NCBI RefSeq assembly: GCF_018350175.1
Contig: NC_058381.1
Coordinates: 40,238,001-40,302,000 of the forward strand
DNA: 64,000 bases
Direction of reading: 5' to 3'
From: Felis catus
Lineage: Eukaryota
In this document: piece after piece, positions 17,565 to 31,686 of the stretch
Layout: every line of letters starts with the position of its first letter
How positions within the stretch are numbered: the stretch's first letter is position 1
Notes under the pieces: model-generated
Databases searched by the model: none
Told to the model about the DNA's origin: nothing
What the model saw: the letters and a program-made list of their open reading frames with translations, nothing else
Program-made: the position numbers and the translations under genes

Positions 17565-18155
17565 ATTTTGTATTTTTATTCAAGTATAGTTAGCATACGG
17601 TGTAATATTAGTTTCAGGTGTACAATATAGTGATCCAACAATTCTTAGAGTACTCAGTGCTCATCATGATAAGTGTACTCTTAATCGCCTCTATTTCACC
17701 ACCACCCCCCCCATCTATCTCCCTTCTGGCAACCACTGGTTTATTCTCTGTATTTAAGGGTCTGATTTTTTGTCTTTTTTTTTCTTTGTTCATCTGTTTT
17801 GTTTCTTAAATTCCACATATGAATGAAGTCATACAGTATTTGTCTTTCTCTGACTGATTTAGTTCACTTAGCATTATACCCTTTAGGTCCATCCATGTTG
17901 TTGCAAATGGCAATAAAAAGATTTCAATCTTTTTATGACTGAACAATATTCCATTGTATATGGAATATCTCCATCCATTCATCTATCGATGGACATTTAG
18001 GCTGCTTCCATGTCTTAGCTATGGTAAATAATGTTGCGATAAATTTAGGGGTGCATATATCTTTCCAAATCAGTGTTTTCATTTTCTTTGGGTGAATACC
18101 CAGTAGTGGAATTACTGAATCACATGATAATTCTATTTTTAGTTTTTTGAGGAAG
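17565..18155 (-). mobile_element. LINE-1 3' end (ORF2 C-terminus plus 3'UTR), 5'-truncated
   Basis: ORF 17933-18187 encodes KKLKIELSCDSVIPLLGIHPKKMKTLIWKDICTPKFIATLFTIAKTWKQPKCPSIDEW, the L1 ORF2p C-terminus. Confidence 0.9.
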
Positions 18156-18456
18156 AAGGGTCTCTCTTTAAAAGGCAGCTCAATCACTCAAAGGAACAGA
18201 GGATAAATACGTAAGTGATATAATGAGAGTTGCTTTGTAGCCAAGCAATCTAGGTCTGAGTCCTGGCTCAGCCACTTGCCAAATCATATCTTTAGACAAG
18301 TTATTTAACCTCTGTGAGCTTTACTACTTCATATTTTAAAAGCAGTTACAATGCCTACCATGTAAGAATGCTAGAGAGTGGTATTAGCTTCTCAGGAAGA
18401 AGCGGCAGCACTTAATATCAGGTAGGAGGGAGCTACCACTATATAAAATTCCATTT

Positions 18457-18665
18457 GGGGGCACCTGGGTGGATCAGTCGGTTAAGCATCCAACCTTGGC
18501 TCAGGTCATAATCTCACGGTTCGTGAGTTTGAGCCCCAAGTCGGGCTCTGTGCTGACAGCTCAGAGCCTGGAACCTGCTTTGGATTCAGTGTCTCCCTCT
18601 CTCTCTGCCCTTCTGCTCGTGCTCTCTCTCTCTCTCTCTCTCTCAAAAATAAACATTTAAAAAAT
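18457..18665 (+). mobile_element. Can-SINE (SINEC_Fc)
   Basis: ggggcacctgggtggatcagtcggttaagc..(CT)n caaaaataaacatttaaaaa. Confidence 0.9.
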
Positions 18666-21286
18666 TTTTTTAAACCTCAATTTAAAAATTATGCAGTTCT
18701 ATTCAAATGTTTAACCATCAAAGAGGAAGAGAGCAAAGCAGGTTCTGTGTTTGACATAGATGTGGCTGTCACAAGAAGCAAAGAAATACACCAGACACAG
18801 AGTCAGGGGACTTAAAGTTGGCCAGAAGCAGGAGCCTCGGTCTTTCTAAAAGGCAGTGCTCCAAAGGTGGGCCCCAACACAACAGGCCCCATCGCATTCA
18901 TTTTGCTTCTCAGAAAAAGCCAAGGTTGCAGAGGAAGCTTTCTAGCTCAAATCATGGACAAAAACCAAGCCAGTTTCTGGAAAGACTCCTGTTCCTGCCC
19001 CCAACCCAAGCCAGTCAATCAACATCAGGCAAGATGGTGCCTTGTTATCATGAGAAGTTCTTCCTGCAGGTCACCCCTCACCACCAAGACCACATTCAAC
19101 ACTGGAAGTTGTAGCTCCTAAATGCCAAGAAGCATTTTGTCCCCATGAAGATGAAGCTGCCTTGAGCCATCCCAGTCTTACTCTGACATGGGTGGGTAAA
19201 GTGATTTCATTTCCCCATATTGCCCTTTCTCGTATGATGGCACAAGATCTGAGAAGGGAGGCTAACAGGAGCTATTTTTTTTCAAGCAGCTATCAACCAC
19301 ATTCAGAAATCAGGACTGCAAATAGGCATAATCTGCACTCCTCCCAAAACGTAGCCTCCAAAATGAAGTTCTACAAGAATCACAGTGGCTCTTAGAATTA
19401 CTGAGTGCCCAGGGCAGTAAGGTACATTTGCACATCACGTCACCACTGGTGGACCCAAAGGGGGAAAAAGGAAACGAGAGAACCCATACAACTGGGCCCT
19501 GTCTTCTTGGATGGATTCAATATAAGGGAGTTGCTAAGAAGACTCTGCCTCCTACCCCCGAAGCAAAATTTTCTCATTCTTTGAACTAATGCAGATACTC
19601 AAATCAAATTTGCTCTGGAAAACAAGTTATTAAGTACACAATTTCATTTCTGATCGCCTATAGCTGCTAAAGGAAACTAATTCTAGCTGCCCAGAGGAAA
19701 CAGCCTGAGGCCACAGGTGAATTGTGAGCAGTCTGGCTCAGCACCCACACTCCTAATTATATGACACTGGCTCTGCATGAGGTCAATATGGTGCTTTCTC
19801 CTTTTCAGACTTTTTAAATTTCTATCATCTCACTTAATCCTAGAATCCATAACAGATCTAGGATGTGAGTGGGAAAGATGACATAACCCTCACTGTATGG
19901 CAGGGGAAAACACTGAGTTAAGTGATGATTCTCAAGCCCCGTAACAAGTCAGAGATAAAGTCGGGAAGACACATTCATTCTTTCAACAGATGTTTATTAA
20001 GCATCTACTCTGTACCAAGCAGTGAGCTAGGCTCCGGGGAAGCAGCAGTGCATGAATGCTAATCTCCAGTAAGCATTTCAGTGAGGAAACAATGGAAGAG
20101 CTGGCAATTTTAGCTGTTGATGATGACAATAAGCAAGACAGAGAGTGACGAGGCTGTTGAGTATGTGAACTGATGGCCAAGCAAGAGCTCTCATAAGCAG
20201 TAACATTTCTGCCGAGGCCTGAATAACAAGAAAGAGAGGGGAAGCATTCCAGGAAGGAGGAAGAACAGGGTCCGGTCTCAGGGATGTCCAATGGAACATA
20301 CTGGCCAATGTGGTGGCATTGTGGTCAGGAAGGGGGAGGATGGGAAGACACGAGGTGGGAGCAGAGAAGGTAAATAAGAATAAAAACTTTGAAAATATTG
20401 TAATAATATATTTTCCATCACCCTAAATCATCAGGCTTAGCAATGGTTTAATATTTCAGGAGAAACTACTAGAAAAAAATAAAGTCATTGTCCAAATTTT
20501 ACTGTAAAATTAGATGAAGAGAGAAGAATAGCCAGACAATAGTTATGAGAGTCCAGATTTCTAGAGAGGAGAGATTTCTTAATCTGAAAGTTCTCTTTAC
20601 ATAGCAAGAGGCCAGCCTGGTCCTTTGTCAAAGAAAGGAACTCTGAGTGAAGAGAGCTCAGATCTGATACAGGGAACTCCCACCTTACTAGAGAGGAAAT
20701 GAAGCCACTTCCAAGGCGGGGCAGCAGAAGGACAGGAGGAAGGAAGTGGATGAGGAATTGTTCACATATGTCATATCTAGTTTCATTGCCCCCCTCACTG
20801 GGGCCATTATCTGGGGCTGCAGATGTTAGAAACAGAATCAGTACATCGGGGACGGGGGGGGGGGGGGGGGGGGGGCGGGGAGCCCAAACAGTGAAGTTTG
20901 TTTCTCACTTTCCTGGCCACAAACTGGAAATTTTTCAAGCTAAAGTTGGTGCTTGAAATGCAAATGCAGTTTCAGGTCCTGCCCCATCCTCACCCCATGA
21001 TACTTCTTCAATCTGATCCAATGCCTGAGTCTCTCCAACGTAGATAGTCCCACCAGTGGTGGCTGGGATCCGGCCACTGAGAGCATGGAACTAATCTGGG
21101 AAAATCTGGAGCTGGGAAAGAAGCCTCCTGACCAAGATTCCACTTCTCCTGATATCTTGTGGTCTTTGGACAGGCTCTGCATGCAGAAAGTCAGCAATAG
21201 TTAGAAGCCATATTTTCTGGATGTATAACAAGCATTTCTCTTTAGGCATCCCCTTGCTCTAACCACCCTTGCTGGTACACGGGCAC

Positions 21287-25153
<3,867 letters not shown>

Positions 25154-25211
25154 TCAGAGCAGCTGTGAAGGCCGAGCCACTGAGTGTGACAACCCCTTTC
25201 CCTGCTAGGCC

Positions 25212-25241
25212 TTTTATACCCCATCCCAGGTGGGTGTTGGC
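25212..25241 (-). promoter_or_regulatory. KRT38-like core promoter: TATAAAA plus GCCAACACCC element
   Basis: ttttata at 25212-25218; gggtgttggc at 25232-25241; same sequence as the KRT37-like core promoter. Confidence 0.8.
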
Positions 25242-28200
25242 TCAATGCTTTGACCTCAGCGCCTTGATTCTCTACCTACTGTTGTACTGTCATCCTGTTA
25301 CTCAGCTGTTGGTTTACCATTAAGAGTTCCTCGCCTCATTAAAGGAATGTTGATGAATTTGAGGTGCCTCCTGGCTCTTTGATATCAGGTTGTCTGTTGA
25401 TGGGAAGCAAGAAACTTTTATTATTTTTCAAAGAACAAAATCCTTTTAGCCATCAGATGTTCATACCTTGACTAGAGCTGATGTGCCCACACTGAAGGCA
25501 TGACCGTTCCTGTTGGTCATAGGATAAACCCTATGAGAACAATGGTGCCCACCTGGGTTAAGACTAAACCAGCCTTCTCTATCCAGGGAAGAGCCTGGTT
25601 TGGGGCTGATAGATGTTATGGGTTTTGGTTATCAAAAACTTCACATTTCTTCTTTCTTCTCTTTGCCTTTCAAACTCACTTTGAGGGGCAATAAGACTTT
25701 GGTAAGTCCATTCATTCAACATGCATCTCGTGGCACATCCCATATGCCAGGCACTATGCCATGCCCCTGTCATACAACTAGTTAAGCCTGACATAGTTCC
25801 TGTCCATCAGGAAGCAACCCAAACTTAGGTAGCCATGGATGTTTTAAATAAGTTGTCTGCAAAGATCATCAGTACAAGGGTGACCTTGAACCTTGCCTGA
25901 TCTGGACCAGGAAAGATAAGCTCAATAAGCCAGAAACAAGCAAAAATGAACAATAACCTTTTTACGTTCCAGGGCTGTGAAACTCAATGGACATTGAGTT
26001 ATCAGAGTCAGTATGATGGTTTTTCCTGCCCTACTTCCTTGATTCTAAAATTCTTTACTGAGCACTTAACATATGTGTTAGGGTCTTATCAACAATATTG
26101 TTTAATCCTTCCTACCATCCTATAAGGTGGATATTCTTACCATAACTTTACAAAAGAAAGAAAAGACATTGAGGACCAGAGACGTGAAGTTGTTTTTCTA
26201 AGATCAACCCCCTTATAAAGTGGCAAAGCCTGTTGTTAATATCAGTTTCTTTCAACTCCAGAGCCCATTCTTGTTCTCTTCACCTTGCACACCCCCCAAT
26301 AGGGAAATAAGTGTGTCATTGCCAGAATTAAGAAGGATTATAAGGTCTAGAAATTGTACAAGAAGTTGAAATTAAGAGATAAAATAAGAATTTAACATTC
26401 TATATTATTCTTTGTGTCTCAGAAAATACAAGTGTTGAGATACCAGAACAATAGGGCAAGGCTTCTCCAAGGACCATGCAGAAGGATGCCCAGGAGAAAT
26501 CTCCATCCCCAAAATTATTATACTACATCTCATACCCCACTAGCTCTTGGCATCAGAGAGCCAAGACTGCTGACTACCAAGGTCCCAAAAGTTCTCTCTT
26601 AAAATTTGTGGCAGGAGATAGATTGCCCCCTAGGACTGAGAAAGACCTAATATGGAGTAAAACTAAGTTATCAGAGTCAGTATGGGGGTTATAACTAAAT
26701 CTTCGTGAAAATGAATATTTTCCAGTGCTCTAAGCATTGAGCAAAAGCAGAATAGACATCTCTATAGGGACCAGATCTGTATATATGAAACAAACTATTG
26801 GAGTTCTATCAAGAAGAAATACAGAAGTCTGAGACTTCTGTTCAGAATGGGTTTCCCAGGAAGGGTAACTAGTGGTCAGCTCTGTCCTAAGGGTTACTCA
26901 GAGCTCATCAATGAATAACTCTTTATAGACATCATAATTAGAAGACCTCACCAGGCCAGCCCATCTCATCCTTCAGAGGCCTTTGGGTGCGATCTGCATA
27001 GGTTACATCTTCAAACACTGCTTTGTTACTCTCCTCTGTCTCATCACATAGCAACAAGCTTCTCTATAAACCAGGGAACTAGACTTATAAAGTCATTTCT
27101 TTTGACCCGCTAAATCAAATCTATCTTTTGACTTTATTCTCTGGCAGGATTCATTCCATTAGCTAAAACTCATGATTTCCTCCATCTCAAAATACACAAC
27201 ACTTGTTACGGCATAACATCGCCGCTGAGGCTTTCTATGTCGAGGTGACGCTCCTCTGTACTGAAGCTTCATCATGCATGGTCCTGGCTTGGGCTTCAAC
27301 CGAGTGTGTTGTTTTGCATAATGACACTGATGTTGCGTGTCTCTTTGTAAAGTTGCTTGGTTCCACTGAGTTGCATTTTTCTCAAAGGAGGTGAGTGTGG
27401 GGTGAAGATCCTTGCCCTCATATCTAAGACTGCCTTTCTTCCCAACCCTTTAAAAAGAGTCCCTGTGGCCCTTGGTAACCAAACATGAGCCAGAGTCAGT
27501 GACAAGAAGTGGCGAAGACGGAGTGTGAGAGACAGAAGCCTGTAGCCCTCCTTTACTCACCTGTGTGCACACAGTTCTCTCACTGAGTCTGACTTCAAAA
27601 ATACCAGTCTCTAGAAGCAGGAAGCCTACTTCAGATGGAAAGGCAGAGCTGTGGTCTTGGGATGCTGTTTTCAAACATGGTGGTGTTACAGACGGATGCA
27701 TCTCAACCAGCGGGAGGGAAAGGTGTGGACCTGTAGACTAGCCCCCAGGAATCGTGCCTAGCCCGCAGCCTACTTTTTCTACGCTGTGGCTCCTGCTGCA
27801 GGAAGATGCATGAGGCATCCAAGGGTTTGTGCCCTGTAAGGGAACCTCACCCATCACATAATATAGGGGGTGCAAACGTCGAAGACAGCTCCTGTGTGTG
27901 GAGCCTCATACTGCCGTGTCCTCTGGGTGTTAGGAAGTGGTGCCAGAGAAAACTGTAGGTCAAGAAAATCATGAAGACTCTTAAAAGAAGAGTAATAAAT
28001 AATAATAATAAGTAACAAATGATCTATTATTCTAGGTATGCAACTCTTGAGGCTTTGATGAATGGAAAAAGCACACTTTTATTCAAATTAGATAGGATTT
28101 TACCATCAGGTTTCTTAGATCCAGCTCCATAATCCACAAAGTTTATCCACTTAATCAATGTTCTTTTCCTCCTACCATGACATCATCTAGACACTAGGAG

Positions 28201-28404
28201 CGCGTCTATAAAAGACACAGTCCCTGCCTTGGAGTAGGGGAGACATTTGTGACAAGGCAGCACAGTGGCCTGTGGAGGTGGTGCCACACTCACTCTGAGG
28301 CCTTCAGACATGTTATCATCTTTCTCCCCATTACCCATTACCCTGCGGATGGCCCCAGAGCAGAATCCACTTTCCCCTTGCAGCTGTCTATTCCGGATAC
28401 CAAG

Positions 28405-28805
28405 TAATTGTCTGTGCCACCAGCTGGGTGTCCTATAGTTCAATTTAATCCCTATGTTACCCACCTGGATTTAGCATCAGCTCTCACAAGGTAAAGGCTC
28501 AGTCCCACAAGGTTGCCCTTCTTCAGACATCAATCGTAAGTTCCAGGTTGTCACCTGTCCTTCTGAATGACTGGCTATAACTCAGTGTTCCCATGACCCC
28601 TTCCTTGGGTTTGATAATTTGCTGGAATGACTCCCAGAACTCAGGGAAACATTCATGTTTACCAGTTTAGCATCAAGGATATGATAAAGGACACAAAGAA
28701 TAGCCTGATAAAGAGACACATAGGGCAAGATATGTGGGGAGGGGTGCAGAACTTTCATGCCCTCTCTGAACGAGCCAGGCTCCCTGCACCTCCATGCGTT
28801 TGTCT
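28405..28805. mobile_element. LTR fragment, MER21-like
   Basis: accagctgggtgtcctatagttcaatt..ggctcagtcccacaag..gactggctata..gggtttgataatttgctggaatgactc..gaactcagggaaac; family recognised from memory. Confidence 0.65.
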
Positions 28806-28983
28806 TTGTACAGTGTTTATGTATCCTGCTCAGCAGAACTTTCCATACACTTCATGGCAGAATCAGTAAGGAGTTTGTTCACAAGAGCTTCCCCACGGCC
28901 ATCAGAGGTCTGGGAGAAAGAGCACCCAGCCACCGGGGGGCTGGGGGGAGGTAGGGAGGGGGACTCTGTGAGGAATCCACCTT

Positions 28984-29136
28984 CTCATATTCTTTGGGTA
29001 CCTATAAAGGTACTCTTTATACCTTGAGTATATGAGTCTAGTATAGTATAGTATAGTATAGTATAGTATATGAGTATGAGTATAGTCTCATACTCTTTGG
29101 GTACCTATATAGGTACTCTTCGGGTACCTATAAAGG
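28984..29136. repeat. (GTATA)n microsatellite within a local direct/inverted duplication
   Basis: ctcata(t/c)tctttgggtacctata repeated at 28984 and 29087, with a third partial copy at 29122; (gtata)6 at 29041-29070. Confidence 0.85.
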
Positions 29137-31050
29137 GATGGCCAGGATCATAATGTTGAATCTGGTGTGTGGTTGAAGCCTGTGAGAGTAGAGCCACTCC
29201 CCTGGGCAACATGGACACCCATCCAATATGTCCCTCACCTGCAGAGGAGGGGCATTCACAGAAAGGAGAGAAGCATTCAAGGGCTTAGGTCCTCCTTGGC
29301 CTAGCGTCTGGGAAGGAGCTCCTGGGAGCCCAGGGGCTGGGTATGGTATCCAGCAAACAGAGGGGAATGGGAGCTAGAAGGAGAGGGTGTCAGATAAGAT
29401 CCCTTTCCTCCCAGAACCATGAGATTGGACAGGTCTATGTGCCCCACAAGCAGGCTGTGAGTTGGGTCTTCTAGACTCATGTCCCATAGATCCCTTTTGC
29501 TATTATCAAGGTAGAGCTGAATCCCCTCTCAACCACCGATCCTCCACCCAGCCACAGGGAATCTGGGGTCCTTTATGCACTCTTGACCAGTATCAGAGTG
29601 ACAGAATGCTCCAAGTCCTGGCCATGGAACTTAGTGCCTGAGGACAGGTGACCCAAAAGGCAGGACCTGATTATTTGGCCCCTTCTGCACCCCAGGAGAG
29701 CCTCCTTCTAGGGCTGACAAGGCAGGATTAGGGCTGTGTTTTCATTTAAGGAGGGGGTATTTCTGGACAGCCTCTGCTCCCAGCGCTGCCCCTCACTAGC
29801 CAGGTGGCCCAGAGCAAGTCAGCCAGCTCTTCTGGTCCCTGGTTCCCCACTGAAAATACAAGCTCTGGAACAGACCATGGGCTTGAACTCTTGCGCACAA
29901 CCCAAGTAAGAATTACACTGCACATTTTGCAACTATACATGTGCTAGACACACATACATATTATTTTCTATTCTGTTCTCTCTTTCTCTCACTCTCTTGC
30001 TCTCTCTCACGCCCTCTCTCTAGCTGATCAAAATCCACTAAAATGACTTCCCAGACCATCAATGGATCACAGCCATAGTTTAAAATACACCACACAGGTG
30101 CCCACTGTAACTCGGTGAAATAACTTGACAACAGTAGACACACACAACAGGCAGCTTCATTTATTAATTTATTCTTTTAACTTATTGGCCAGGAACCAGA
30201 AGAGAGATGTAGCTCCCCAAGTGCTGCAGAAGGAAAATGGCCCCGCTAAGAGAACTTGAACGTCAAAACACAGGTGGAAGTCGTGAGAAGCCGCAGAGCC
30301 TCAGGGACGCCCCACCCCAGAGATGAGCCATCTGTAAGGTGGGTGTCAGCCACGGGGGAGTCTCCGGCTTCCCGTGTCTGTCATGTGCGGCGACAGGAAG
30401 GTCCCCACTGCCCTGTGTACGGGATCTGCTGCTACCATGGCAGCCTTGGGTTCACAGGGTGGGCTCAAGGAGGAGGTGCCGTGTGGGGCTTGTGGGGTGC
30501 AGGTCACGGGACACGCTTGTGAGTTGCCCGAGGGAGCGGCATGTGGATTGAAGGCATTCTGCAACCGAGATGCACAGAGACGTCCATCCTCAAGCCCAGA
30601 AGCTAAGAAAAGACAGACTTGGCCTGAGTCCCTGCCCTCCTGCCTTACTAACTCAGGCCCCAGGGCCAATTACGTTCTTTGAGCCCCGTATCTTCATCTA
30701 CAATAACAAGGACGGTAATGTTAACTGCATGGCCTGCTATTAAGTCTTAGGGAAAATAATGCTGAAATCCATAGGAAGAGAGACAACAGGGCTCATCAGA
30801 GAGGACTGGGTCTTCTGTTCACACATAGGTGCTCTTCCCACATGCAACACTCCAAATACTTTCCTGCCACATGAGTTCTTTGCTGCCATCATTCTCTGAG
30901 CCTCAGTTTCCTCGATTACAAACTGGGGCCCCTAGAACCCTCACATACTCCTTCAGCTATGGCACAAGCAAAATTGACTAGGCCTGATAGAGATGAGGGG
31001 AGTCCCGTCAGACTTTTTTTTTTTTAGTTAAAGAAAAGTGGCATATCTTT

Positions 31051-31593
31051 ATTTTAATTTTTTTAAATGTTTTTATTTATTTTTGAGACAGAGACAGAGC
31101 ATAAGCAGGGGAGGGGCAGAGAGCGGGGGAGACACAGAATCCGAAGCAGGCTCCAGGCTCTGAGCTGTCGCACAGAGCCCGATGCGGGGCTCGAACCCGC
31201 AAACCGTGAGATCATGACCTGAGCCAAAGTCGGGCGCTTAGCCGAATGAGCCACCCAGGTGCCCCCTTTTTTTTTGAAATGTTTTTATTTATTTTTTTTT
31301 AATTTTTTTTAGATGTTTATTTATTATTGAGAGACAGAGAGAGACAGAGCATGAGCAGGGGAGGAGCAGAGAGAGGGGGAGACACAGAATCCGAAGTCAG
31401 GCTCCAGGCTCTGAGCTGTCAGCACAGAGCCCGATGCGGGGCTCAAACTCAAACTGCGAGATCATGACCTGAGCCGAAGTCGGGCGCTTAACCGACTGAG
31501 CCACCCAGGTGCCCCTGTTTTTATTTATTTTTGAGACAGAGAGAGACAGAGCATGAGCAGGGGAGGGACAGAGAGAGGGGGAGACACAGAATC
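31051..31593 (-). mobile_element. Cluster of three nested Can-SINEs
   Basis: Complete copies at ~31051-31266 and ~31297-31515, and a 5'-truncated host at 31516-31593. Outer TSD aaagtggcatatcttt at 31035-31050 and 31594-31609. Confidence 0.9.
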
Positions 31594-31609
31594 AAAGTGG
31601 CATATCTTT

Positions 31610-31686
31610 AAGAAGAAAGAAAGAAGAAGAAAGAAAGAAAGAAAGAAAAGAAAAGAAAAGAAAAGAAAAGAAAAGAAAAGAAAAAT
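31610..31686. repeat. (GAAA)n/(GAAAA)n purine microsatellite
   Basis: Directly visible. Confidence 0.9.

Noticed and set aside
19993-20452. Polyadenylation signal for KRT38-like
   Set aside because: Candidates (ATTAAA at 20447-20452, AATAAA at 19993-19998 within an old L2/MIR-like repeat) cannot be ranked from sequence alone.
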